A stretch of 32,026 bases of DNA from Patescibacteria group bacterium (GTDB taxonomy: Bacteria > Patescibacteriota > Minisyncoccia > Minisyncoccales > Minisyncoccaceae), in the NCBI GenBank assembly GCA_030156465.1, contig JASGMO010000001.1, positions 1-32,026 of the forward strand. The letters run 5' to 3'. The notes under the pieces were generated by a model. The model saw nothing but the letters and a program-made list of their open reading frames with translations. It did no database searches and had not been told where the DNA came from. This document shows, piece by piece, positions 9,890 through 18,883 of this stretch. Within the stretch, counting starts at the first letter, position 1. Each line of letters opens with the position of its first letter. Position numbers and translations under genes: made by a program.

Positions 9890-10627
9890 ATGTGGGAACA
9901 ATTTTTATTGGGAGCGCTACAAGGTATATTTGAGTGGTTGCCAATATCAAGTCAAGGGATTGTAACTATTTTTTCCAGTTTTGCTGAAATAGAGATGAAT
10001 GCTATTAATTTTTCTTTGTTTCTTCACTCGGGAACAATGCTAGCTGTTTTGATTTTCTTTAGAAAGGATTGGATTAATTTAATTTTATTGAGGGATAAAG
10101 AATTATTAAGATTTTTTATAATCGCAAGTATTATTTCTTTGTCGTTAGGATTTGTTCTCTATAAAACAATTGGAGACATTGCTCTTGGCTCTGGACTTCT
10201 GTTCTTAATTGGTTTTGGATTACTGCTTACTTCATGGTTTCAGAAAAAGAATATTAGGTTGAATATGAATAAAGATGCTAATTATGTTCTTGTCGGATTA
10301 CTTCAAGGTCTTTCTGTAATTCCAGGAGTTTCTCGTTCTGGTTCAACTATTTTTGGATTGTCTCTTAGAGAAAGCGACCCATCAGAGATATTAAAAAGAT
10401 CATACATCCTTTCTTTGCCTGCTGTCGCTGCTTCAACGGGATATATTTTTTTAAACGATCCAACGATTTCATCTTTCCCATGGGTAGCACTATTAACAAG
10501 CTTTATCTTTGGAATGATTTCGCTTAAGATCCTTCTTGATTTTTCAAAGAAAGTTAATTTTTCTAAAATTACTATGGTTTTTGGAATACTTTGTATAATA
10601 GGAGGAATATTAGAATGGTTGGTATAG
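9890..10627 (+). CDS. uppP: Undecaprenyl-diphosphate phosphatase
   Basis: LQGIFEWLPISSQG, PGVSRSGSTI, multiple TM helices. Confidence 0.93.
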   Translation: MWEQFLLGALQGIFEWLPISSQGIVTIFSSFAEIEMNAINFSLFLHSGTMLAVLIFFRKDWINLILLRDKELLRFFIIASIISLSLGFVLYKTIGDIALGSGLLFLIGFGLLLTSWFQKKNIRLNMNKDANYVLVGLLQGLSVIPGVSRSGSTIFGLSLRESDPSEILKRSYILSLPAVAASTGYIFLNDPTISSFPWVALLTSFIFGMISLKILLDFSKKVNFSKITMVFGILCIIGGILEWLV

Positions 10628-11295
10628 AAGAAGAATTACAAGGCAAAAAAGATCCAATTAGAGCTAAAATATTATCTCGTTTTTTTAAGACAGGAAAAGG
10701 TGAATATGGAGAAGGCGATGTCTTTTTGGGAATAGTAGTGCCCATTCAAAGAACAATTGCTAAAAAATACAAAGATATTTCTCTAAAAGAAGTTCAGAAG
10801 TTATTGAATAGCAAAATTCATGAGTATCGCTTAACAGGCCTTCTTGTATTAGTTGAAAAATATAAGGAAGACAAAGAGCTGGTTTATAATAAATATATTA
10901 AAAACTTTAGAAATATTAATAATTGGGACTTAGTTGATTTAACAGCACCTAAAATAATGGGTGATTTTTTGAAAGATAAAAAGAAAGATATCCTTTATTC
11001 GCTAGCTGTTTCTGATGATTTATGGGAAAGAAGAATATCAATTGTTGCAACTTTTGCTTTTATTAAAGATAATGATTTTAAAGATGCTCTAAAAATATCA
11101 GAGATATTGTTAAATGATAAGCATGATCTAATTCATAAGGCAGTTGGCTGGATGTTAAGGGAAGTTGGAAAAAGAGATAAGGAAGCAGAAAAAGAATTTT
11201 TGAATAAACATTATCGATTTATGCCAAGAACTATGTTAAGATATTCTATAGAGAAGTTTAGTAGAGAAGAAAAAGAATTTTATATGAAAAAGTAA
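10615..11295 (+). CDS. AlkD-like DNA alkylation repair glycosylase
   Basis: FFKTGKGEYGEGD.FLG, NNWDLVD, WERR, KAVGWMLRE, MPRTMLRY; likely start ATG 10615. Confidence 0.92.
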   Translation: MVGIEEELQGKKDPIRAKILSRFFKTGKGEYGEGDVFLGIVVPIQRTIAKKYKDISLKEVQKLLNSKIHEYRLTGLLVLVEKYKEDKELVYNKYIKNFRNINNWDLVDLTAPKIMGDFLKDKKKDILYSLAVSDDLWERRISIVATFAFIKDNDFKDALKISEILLNDKHDLIHKAVGWMLREVGKRDKEAEKEFLNKHYRFMPRTMLRYSIEKFSREEKEFYMKK

Positions 11296-11296
11296 T

Positions 11297-13663
11297 ATGA
11301 TGGAATACATATTATCATTGTCTTCGTTATTAATAGTTTTGATTTTAATTTTTCTTTTTAAAAGAAATAGAAAAATGAAAACTATAGAGCAATCATTAAA
11401 GCTTACTTTGTTTTCAGTAAAAATGAGTGGCTCAACTGCCGAAGAGCTTCGTGATTCAGGAAAACAGGAAAAGGATTGGATTAGATTGATGGAAGATTTT
11501 TATAGCTCTCTTAATTCTTTATCTAAAGACGGGCTCTTTGGAATTGACCCGTGGATCGCTTTAGAAATAGTAAAATTAAAAGAAGATATTATTTTCCATG
11601 TTGCTGTCCCCAAAAGATTTGAAAACTTTATTGAAAAATCAATATATAGCATATATCCCACAGCACAAATTGAAAAATCTGATGATTATAATATATTTTC
11701 ACCAACAGAAAATGTTTGTTGTGGATATTTAAAAACAACCAAACCATTATACCTACCAATTAAAACATATAATCAAATGGACACTGATCCATTGTCTTCA
11801 ATTACTAATATATTTACAAAACTAAAAACTAACGAAGAAGCGGCAGTTCAATTAATTATTAAAAAAGGATCTAATGGTTGGTATGAAAGAGGAAGAGCTA
11901 TTGCTAATGAAGTTGCTCAGGGAAAAAACTTTTTTCAAGCGATGGGAGCAACAAACTTTATCTCCACCATCAAGGGAAAGAGTGAGGATAAGCTAGGCGG
12001 AAATCCACCAGATGAAGAGCTGTTAAAAATACTAGGAGCTAAATTAAACAAAGACAGCTTTGAAACAAATATTAGATTGGTTGTTTCTGCGGATAACCAA
12101 ATTAGAAGTGAAAGTATATTTCTAGAAATGGCAAATTCTTTTGCTCAGTTTAGCTCTAATAAGACAAACAGTTTTAAATTGGTAAGAACTAAAAAAGGTG
12201 CATTTGATGAATTAATATATAAGTATAGTTTCCGCTTGTTTGATGAAACACAAAAAAATATTTTAGGAATAGAAGAGCTTACGAGTATATTTCATTTTCC
12301 AACACCACTAACTAAAACACCTAATATCAAAGCAGTTAAATCAAAGGTTTCTGCTCCTCCAACAAACACTCCCAAAGAAGGACTTTTATTGGGATATAAT
12401 GTCTATAGAGAAGAAAAGAAGGATATATATCTTAAGAAAGATGATAGGAGAAGGCATATGTATATTATCGGTCAAACGGGAACTGGTAAATCATCAACAT
12501 TGTCTTCAATGGTCTTGCAAGATATTAAAAATGGAGAAGGAGTGGGAATGTTAGATCCTCATGGTGACTTGATAGACGATATCTTAAGTAAAATGCCAAA
12601 AGATAGAATTGAGGACGTTGTTTTGTTTGATCCAACTAATCTTGAAAGATCAATTGGTTTAAATATGCTTGAATACGATACTCGTTTCCCTGAGCAAAAA
12701 ACATTTATTGTTAATGAGATGATTAATATTTTAGACAAGCTCTATGATTTAAGACAAACTGGTGGCCCGATGTTTGAACAATATGCAAGAAATGCCTTAA
12801 TGCTTTTGATGGACGATCCAAATGAGGTATATACATTAATGGAAGTTCCAAAAGTATTAGCTGATGCTGATTTTAGAAAAAGATTATTATCAAAATGCAA
12901 AAACTTTTTGGTTAAAGAGTTTTGGGAAAAACAAGCAGAGCAAGCAGGGGGAGAGGCGGCCCTGAAGAATATTGTTCCGTATATCGCTTCTAAATTTGAT
13001 AACTTTATTTCTAATGACTATATGAGACCAATCATTGGTCAGACAAAAAGTACCTTTAATTTTAGAGAAATAATTGATGGTAAGAAAGTATTTTTAGTTA
13101 ATTTAAGCAAGGGCAGATTGGGAGAACTTAATAGCTCTTTATTAGGATTGATTATAACAAGCAAACTATCTTTAGCTGCTTTTTCTAGGGTTGACGTTCC
13201 AGAAGATCAAAGAAATGATTTCTACCTATATATGGATGAGTTCCAAAATTTTGCAACAAATACAATCTCTACCATTCTATCAGAAGCAAGAAAGTATAGA
13301 TTGTCTTTAATAATATCTCATCAATTTATTGCTCAATTACCAGAAGAAATCAGAGATGCTGTTTTTGGAAATGTTGGAACTATTGCTTCATTTAGGGTGG
13401 GAGCAGAGGACTCTCAATTTTTAGAGAAAGAATTTGAACCAATTTTTAACAGTCAAGACCTAATGAATATAGATAACTTCAATTTCTATATTAAAATGAT
13501 GATAGACGGGCAAACTTCTAAACCATTTAACATTAAAACATATCCACCAGAGAAGGGAAATTATGATTTAGCTAATGATATTAAGGAATATTATTCTTTA
13601 ACTTATGCAAGAAGTAGACATATAGTGGATGACGAAATAATGCGCAGAAGGGTTGACATATAA
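11297..13663 (+). CDS. Membrane-anchored VirD4/TraD/HerA-like (type IV coupling-type) ATPase
   Basis: N-terminal TM; DRRRHMYIIGQTGTGKS Walker A, DPHGD, YMDEFQNF Walker B, SEARKY.L.L..SHQ. Confidence 0.88.
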   Translation: MMEYILSLSSLLIVLILIFLFKRNRKMKTIEQSLKLTLFSVKMSGSTAEELRDSGKQEKDWIRLMEDFYSSLNSLSKDGLFGIDPWIALEIVKLKEDIIFHVAVPKRFENFIEKSIYSIYPTAQIEKSDDYNIFSPTENVCCGYLKTTKPLYLPIKTYNQMDTDPLSSITNIFTKLKTNEEAAVQLIIKKGSNGWYERGRAIANEVAQGKNFFQAMGATNFISTIKGKSEDKLGGNPPDEELLKILGAKLNKDSFETNIRLVVSADNQIRSESIFLEMANSFAQFSSNKTNSFKLVRTKKGAFDELIYKYSFRLFDETQKNILGIEELTSIFHFPTPLTKTPNIKAVKSKVSAPPTNTPKEGLLLGYNVYREEKKDIYLKKDDRRRHMYIIGQTGTGKSSTLSSMVLQDIKNGEGVGMLDPHGDLIDDILSKMPKDRIEDVVLFDPTNLERSIGLNMLEYDTRFPEQKTFIVNEMINILDKLYDLRQTGGPMFEQYARNALMLLMDDPNEVYTLMEVPKVLADADFRKRLLSKCKNFLVKEFWEKQAEQAGGEAALKNIVPYIASKFDNFISNDYMRPIIGQTKSTFNFREIIDGKKVFLVNLSKGRLGELNSSLLGLIITSKLSLAAFSRVDVPEDQRNDFYLYMDEFQNFATNTISTILSEARKYRLSLIISHQFIAQLPEEIRDAVFGNVGTIASFRVGAEDSQFLEKEFEPIFNSQDLMNIDNFNFYIKMMIDGQTSKPFNIKTYPPEKGNYDLANDIKEYYSLTYARSRHIVDDEIMRRRVDI

Positions 13664-13680
13664 ATCAAATAATTTAGAAT
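13653..13680 (+). promoter_or_regulatory. Sigma70-type promoter upstream of 13719 ORF
   Basis: TTGACA-16 nt-TAGAAT. Confidence 0.55.
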
Positions 13681-13718
13681 ATAGTTAAGTTTAATATAAT
13701 TAGTTAATATATATAAGT

Positions 13719-15227
13719 ATGGAAAATAAAAATAAGCCCGAAACTTGGGAGATTGATGAAGTAATAGGATCTGAAGATGCTGAATCAAACAAGGAAAAAT
13801 TAGATATGCCTGAGACATTTGAAATTAATGATGATGGGACAATTAGAGAGAAAAGAGAAAAAACCTTAGAAGAAAAAGAAGAAAGTGTTGAAGAAAAAGA
13901 AAGCAATGGATCAGCTGAAGAAATCAATTTAATATTTTCTGATATTGAGAATTATAATAAGAAATACCAAGAAACTAGTCAAAAAGAAGAAAAAAGACAG
14001 GGTCTTTGGGCTAAGTTGACTGGAGGAAAAGCAAAAGAAACAGAAGAAATAAAATCTCGCGAGAAAGAAGCACAAGAGATATATAAAAGACTAGAAGAAA
14101 TTGAGGAGAAGTATCCTGATGTTTTTGAAAAACAAAGAAAAGAGCTTATAGAAATATTTAGGAAGGAAGCAGGAGAGATAGCTGAAAAAAGAGCAGAGAA
14201 GGTTGATGAGGCAATAGAAGGACTAAATGAGGAAACAAGCAAAGAAATAGAAAAAGTTAATAAAGAAAAGCCCGGCCTTTTTGAGAGAATATCAGCAAGG
14301 TTTAAGAAAAATGGTCTTGAAATTGTTATAGCATTGTCCTTGCTTGCTATGTTAGCTGCTATGCCAAGAGAAAATGCATTAGAGCTTATCACTAGCGGTA
14401 GAATAAAATCATTTTTGCCTATAGAATATGCTAACCTTGGTTTGATAGCGAGCACGGCTGCTGTTTTGAAAATAGCGAACAGTGACTTTATTACAAGAAA
14501 TATTAGAAAATATTTTGGAGACAAAACTTTAAAAGAAACCAAAGAAGAACAAGAAGATTTACCTACTTCAATTGATGGGTCATCTGATGAAAAAGTAACA
14601 GAGGGTACTGTTGGAGAAGTTGAACCCGAAGCATCAAAAGATGATGTAGAGGGGGAAGGGGTAGAAGTAGAGAAAACAAAAAAGAAAAAGAAAGAACCCA
14701 AAAACAAAAAATACGATAAGTCATTTAATCAAGTTGCTGGATCTGCAGAATACCAAGAAGCATTTAGAAAATATCAAGAAGAAGGAGATTCTGAAGTAGA
14801 AGAAAACAGTGAAGAATCTTTAGAAAAAAAAGATGAGAACAAAAAATACGATAAGTCATCTAATCAAGTTGCTGGATCTGCAGAATACCAAGAAGCATTT
14901 AGAAAACATCAGGAAGAAGGAGAAGATGAAGAAACTCAAGAGGAGATAGATCAAGAAAGAAGGTCAGGAGGCGACTATGAAGAACCTTCAAGTGAAAAAG
15001 AAAGCTTAATTACTGAAAAAGAATTGGAAATTCTTAATTTTATTAAAAATAAGGTTGCTAAAGGAGAAGAAGCAGAATTAAAGTTCAAGGGAGATTTCGG
15101 TTGGTATGCTACTGACATTAAAGAGGAAAAGGGTAAGAGGCCAATGATTTCAATAAGAAAGAAACAAGGAAATGATGCAAAGGTTATAAATGTTGATTTA
15201 AGTAAAATAGAAAAGGCAAAAAAATAA
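13719..15227 (+). CDS. Hypothetical Glu/Lys-rich protein with central hydrophobic hairpin and internal duplication
   Basis: 502-aa ORF, low complexity, two hydrophobic segments, duplicated NKKYDKS.NQVAGSAEYQEAFRK.QEEG. Confidence 0.8.
   Translation: MENKNKPETWEIDEVIGSEDAESNKEKLDMPETFEINDDGTIREKREKTLEEKEESVEEKESNGSAEEINLIFSDIENYNKKYQETSQKEEKRQGLWAKLTGGKAKETEEIKSREKEAQEIYKRLEEIEEKYPDVFEKQRKELIEIFRKEAGEIAEKRAEKVDEAIEGLNEETSKEIEKVNKEKPGLFERISARFKKNGLEIVIALSLLAMLAAMPRENALELITSGRIKSFLPIEYANLGLIASTAAVLKIANSDFITRNIRKYFGDKTLKETKEEQEDLPTSIDGSSDEKVTEGTVGEVEPEASKDDVEGEGVEVEKTKKKKKEPKNKKYDKSFNQVAGSAEYQEAFRKYQEEGDSEVEENSEESLEKKDENKKYDKSSNQVAGSAEYQEAFRKHQEEGEDEETQEEIDQERRSGGDYEEPSSEKESLITEKELEILNFIKNKVAKGEEAELKFKGDFGWYATDIKEEKGKRPMISIRKKQGNDAKVINVDLSKIEKAKK
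14703..14923 (+). repeat. 86-bp direct repeat, two copies, 135-nt period
   Basis: 14703-14788 versus 14838-14923, 3 mismatches by eye. Confidence 0.95.
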
Positions 15228-15245
15228 TTAATTAAAAATACAAAA

Positions 15246-15548
15246 ATGGAAAAAGAAATTATAAACAAATGTGAAAGTATAATGGAAGAGATGAGTCTTA
15301 GTGCTCTTAGCGATGAAAAGAAGCAAGAAATTATGGAAAAAATGGCGGGTCTTGTTTGTGATAGAATAATATTAAAATTAATGGAAAGAATTAGCGATGT
15401 AGAAGTTGATGAAGCTAATGAAATAATGACTGGCGAAGATGAAGATAGGCAACTAGAATTCTTGAGAATTAAAATGCCTGATTTCAATGACATCTTAGAT
15501 GAAGAAATAAATGCCGTTAAGTCAGAAATATTAAAAAATATTGACTAA
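15246..15548 (+). CDS. Small acidic helical protein (DUF5663-like)
   Basis: L..LSDEKKQEIMEKM..LV..RI...L...I pattern resembles a CPR-enriched family; recognised from memory only. Confidence 0.6.
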   Translation: MEKEIINKCESIMEEMSLSALSDEKKQEIMEKMAGLVCDRIILKLMERISDVEVDEANEIMTGEDEDRQLEFLRIKMPDFNDILDEEINAVKSEILKNID

Positions 15549-15889
15549 TGGAGAATAAAGAAAAAATACCTGAAAGCAGTTTTGAAAATATTGAGAGGAA
15601 AGAGGTGGCTCCTTCTTCATCTTTTGAAAAACCACAAGAAAAGAAGGCAGAAAAAAGTATAGATGAAATAGTTGAAAAGAATTTTGATATTCCAGAAGAC
15701 GAAGAAAAAAGCTCAGTAGAAGAAGGTATTAGCCAAGAGCAAAAAGAAGTAATGATTAAAATTAAAGAATCTCAAGGGGCAAGCATAGGGAAAATATCAG
15801 GAATTATTAATAAAATAAAAAAGAAGTTTTCTCCTCATGGGGTAGACGATTATCACGATCAACTCACTAAGAGAAAGGATGACCAATAA
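15548..15889 (+). CDS. Hypothetical acidic protein
   Basis: 113-aa ORF coupled by TAATG overlap; C-terminal PHGVDDYHDQL. Confidence 0.75.
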   Translation: MENKEKIPESSFENIERKEVAPSSSFEKPQEKKAEKSIDEIVEKNFDIPEDEEKSSVEEGISQEQKEVMIKIKESQGASIGKISGIINKIKKKFSPHGVDDYHDQLTKRKDDQ

Positions 15890-15908
15890 TGGTCATTTCT
15901 TCTTTTTT
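15869..15908 (+). terminator. Intrinsic terminator overlapping stop codon
   Basis: ATGACCA-ataa-TGGTCAT hairpin with extendable pairing, followed by TTCTTCTTTTTT. Confidence 0.65.
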
Positions 15909-15926
15909 GAGGTATAATCAATTATT

Positions 15927-18869
15927 ATGAAAGATAATTTACTTTTAGATTTGAATAAAGAACAAAAAGAGGCGGTAGTTTTTGAAGATGGGCCGCTTTT
16001 AATTGTCGCTGGAGCGGGGACGGGAAAAACAACTGTTTTAACAAGGAGGATAGCATACTTAATATCTAAAGGAGTCAAACCAGAAGAGATATTAGCTGTT
16101 ACTTTTACAGACAAGGCGGCAAAAGAAATGGAAGATAGGGTAGAAGCATTGCTTCCATTTGATTATTATGATTTTTGGATATCAACTTTTCATTCTTTTT
16201 GCGACAGAGTTTTAAAAAGGTACGGGCTTCTTGTTGGTGTCCCAACTAATTGTAGATTATTAGATGGTAGTGGAAGTTGGATGATTATTAAGAGAAATTT
16301 CCATCACTTTAATTTCTTAAAGGAGTATAAGCCACTTGGCAACCCAACTAAATTTATTCAAGCACTTGTTAGTCATTTTTCTCAATGTAAAAATGAAGGA
16401 ATTTATCCAGAAGATTATTTAAAATACGCTGAAGGTCTTAGTGATGATAATGAAGAAAAAGAAAGGATTAGAGAAGTCGCAATGGCATACGAAGTTTATC
16501 AACAACTATTGCTAGAGAATAATGTTTTAGATTTTGGTGATTTAATTAATTACACTATTCAGATTTTTGATAAAAAGCCAGATATATTAGAGAAGTACAG
16601 AAATCAATTCAAATATGTCATGGTTGATGAGTTTCAGGACACTAATTGGGTTCAATATGATTTAATTCAGAAATTAGCTTATCCTAAAAATAATATTACT
16701 ATCGTTGGCGATGATGATCAGTCAATCTATTCTTTTTCTGGAAGTTCATTTAATAATGTTTTAAGATTTAAAAAAGATTATCCTAATTCAAAAGAAATTA
16801 TCTTAGTTGAAAATTATAGGTCACCTCAAAACATTCTTGATCTTTCTTATTGTTTTATTCAGAAAAACAATCCCAATAGATTAGAATGCCAGCTAAGTGA
16901 GGCTAAGAACATTATTAGTGACGCAGAAAAAAAAGGGATTAATATTAAGGAAGTTGGGCCAATTAGTAAAAAACTAAAAAGTTCTAAAAAAGATAATGGT
17001 ATTGTTGAATTGTTAAGCTTTGAAGGAATTGAAGAAGAGATTACAGGTGTGATTAACAAGATATGGGAAGTTAAAGAGATTGATAGCGAAGCATCTTTTT
17101 CAAGTTTTGCTATACTAACTAGGACCAATGACCATGCCAATACATTTGCTAGAGCACTAGAGCGAGCAAGTATTCCTTATCAATTTTTCTCTTCAAAGGG
17201 ACTATATAAAGAGCCACTAATTATTGATTTAATATCTTATCTTAAAGTAATTCTTAATTTCTACGACTCCCTTAATTTTTATAGAGTTTTGAGAATGATG
17301 AATTTTTCTCCCGAAGAGGTTTCTAGAATAACTCAGTATAGTGATAAAAAGGGAATTCCAATTTTTGAATCATTAAAAGATTCTCACTTATTGAATAAAT
17401 TTACAGTGGAAACAAAAACAAAAATTAAGAAACTAGTTGATAATTTAAATATTCATTATGAATTATCAAAAAATAAAAATATAGGAGAGGTTTTTGTCAG
17501 TGTTATTCAAGATCTTGAGTATGGAAAATATATTCCAGAAAATACAGAAGATGGTTTTAGAAAATGGGAATTAATTGATCAATTTTATGATAAAGTAAAG
17601 GATTTTGAAAATTCTCAAGTAGATGCAAAACTTTGTTCTTTTATTGATAATCTTCAAATGGAATTAGATGCTGGAGAAGAGGGGCCGATAAGGAAAAAGA
17701 TAGAATCTCAATTTGATGCAGTAAAAATAATGACAGTTCATTCTTCAAAGGGGCTAGAATTTGATTATGTTTTCTTGCCATATTTAGTTGCAAGGGCTTT
17801 TCCCTCTGATCAAAAAAGAGATCCTATAGAAATACCTAAAGATTTAGTCAAAGAAGTTTTACCGGGAGGTGATTTTCATATTCAAGAAGAAAGAAGGTTG
17901 TTCTATGTTGCTTTGACTAGAGCCAAAAAAGGACTATTTTTAACATGGAGTACTGACCACGGTGGCAAGCAATTAAAGAAACCATCTAGATTTTTAAACG
18001 AATCAAACTTAATAAATGAAGAGATGATTAAAAATCAGAAATTTACTAAGTCCCCTGGGTTTTGTATCAAAAAATCACTAAGCTTTAAGTTAGAATCAGA
18101 TGAAACAAATGGTTCAGGAAAGGACTTCAAAGGTTTTATGCCTGATCATTTTTCCTATTCTCAACTAGAGTCATTTAAGAAGTGTCCCCTTGAATACAAG
18201 CTTAAAAGTATTTTAAAAATAATACCCAGAGGAAAGTCGGTTTTTAGTTTTGGTAAAACTATTCATTCTACCCTGCACAGGTTTGTTGAAAAAGCACTAA
18301 AAGAAAAAGTAACATTCAAAGAGCTTCTAAAGATTTATGATGAAGAATGGATTTTTGATTGGTATCAATCAGAAAAAGAAAGAGAAGATTTTTATAACAA
18401 AGGAAAAGAAAGTTTAAAACTTTTTTACGACAATTTCAAAAATGATAAAAATGTTTTAATTATTGATGATGATCCTGCTTTAGAGAAGGGCTTTCAAATT
18501 AAATTAAATGGCGACAATGTTATTGGAATGATTGATAGAATTGATGAAGTAAGGGGCGGGGTGGAAATTATTGATTACAAAACCGGTTCACCTAAAAAGA
18601 CATTAGCTAAAGACGATAAGTTCCAATTGCTAATTTATGCCCTAGCTGCTAAAAAAGTTTTAGGACTAAATCCTGTTAAGTTAACTTACTATTATTTAAA
18701 TGATTGCTCTAAAGCGTCTTTTGAAGTTAAAGAAGGGATGATTGAAAAAACAGAAAGCGAAATTAAAGAATTAATACAAAAAATAAAGAGGAGCAACTTT
18801 AAGCCGTCTTCCGGTTGGCATTGCAAGTTTTGTGATTTTAGAGATATTTGCGCTCACAAGAAAAATTAG
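15927..18869 (+). CDS. UvrD/PcrA-family helicase fused to PD-(D/E)XK nuclease
   Basis: AGAGTGKT, DEFQD, VGDDDQSIY, MTVHSSKGLEF, EERRLFYVALTRAK; C-terminal GMIDRID..IIDYKTG..QL.IY with CPL and CKFCDFRDIC. Confidence 0.95.
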   Translation: MKDNLLLDLNKEQKEAVVFEDGPLLIVAGAGTGKTTVLTRRIAYLISKGVKPEEILAVTFTDKAAKEMEDRVEALLPFDYYDFWISTFHSFCDRVLKRYGLLVGVPTNCRLLDGSGSWMIIKRNFHHFNFLKEYKPLGNPTKFIQALVSHFSQCKNEGIYPEDYLKYAEGLSDDNEEKERIREVAMAYEVYQQLLLENNVLDFGDLINYTIQIFDKKPDILEKYRNQFKYVMVDEFQDTNWVQYDLIQKLAYPKNNITIVGDDDQSIYSFSGSSFNNVLRFKKDYPNSKEIILVENYRSPQNILDLSYCFIQKNNPNRLECQLSEAKNIISDAEKKGINIKEVGPISKKLKSSKKDNGIVELLSFEGIEEEITGVINKIWEVKEIDSEASFSSFAILTRTNDHANTFARALERASIPYQFFSSKGLYKEPLIIDLISYLKVILNFYDSLNFYRVLRMMNFSPEEVSRITQYSDKKGIPIFESLKDSHLLNKFTVETKTKIKKLVDNLNIHYELSKNKNIGEVFVSVIQDLEYGKYIPENTEDGFRKWELIDQFYDKVKDFENSQVDAKLCSFIDNLQMELDAGEEGPIRKKIESQFDAVKIMTVHSSKGLEFDYVFLPYLVARAFPSDQKRDPIEIPKDLVKEVLPGGDFHIQEERRLFYVALTRAKKGLFLTWSTDHGGKQLKKPSRFLNESNLINEEMIKNQKFTKSPGFCIKKSLSFKLESDETNGSGKDFKGFMPDHFSYSQLESFKKCPLEYKLKSILKIIPRGKSVFSFGKTIHSTLHRFVEKALKEKVTFKELLKIYDEEWIFDWYQSEKEREDFYNKGKESLKLFYDNFKNDKNVLIIDDDPALEKGFQIKLNGDNVIGMIDRIDEVRGGVEIIDYKTGSPKKTLAKDDKFQLLIYALAAKKVLGLNPVKLTYYYLNDCSKASFEVKEGMIEKTESEIKELIQKIKRSNFKPSSGWHCKFCDFRDICAHKKN

Positions 18870-18877
18870 GTTATAAT
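18848..18877 (+). promoter_or_regulatory. Sigma70-type promoter for gpsA
   Basis: TTGCGC-18 nt-TATAAT, 6 nt before ATG 18884. Confidence 0.6.
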
Positions 18878-18883
18878 ATAATT

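Noticed and set aside
14703..14923. Direct repeat with spacer as a CRISPR array
   Set aside because: Only two 86-bp copies, in frame inside a CDS, no cas genes
11297..15889. Integrative conjugative element or prophage
   Set aside because: No integrase, relaxase, att repeats or phage genes; the ATPase is coupled to housekeeping genes
18140..18869. Cas4-like nuclease as sign of CRISPR or defence system
   Set aside because: It is the C-terminal domain of a UvrD fusion in housekeeping context; no array or cas1
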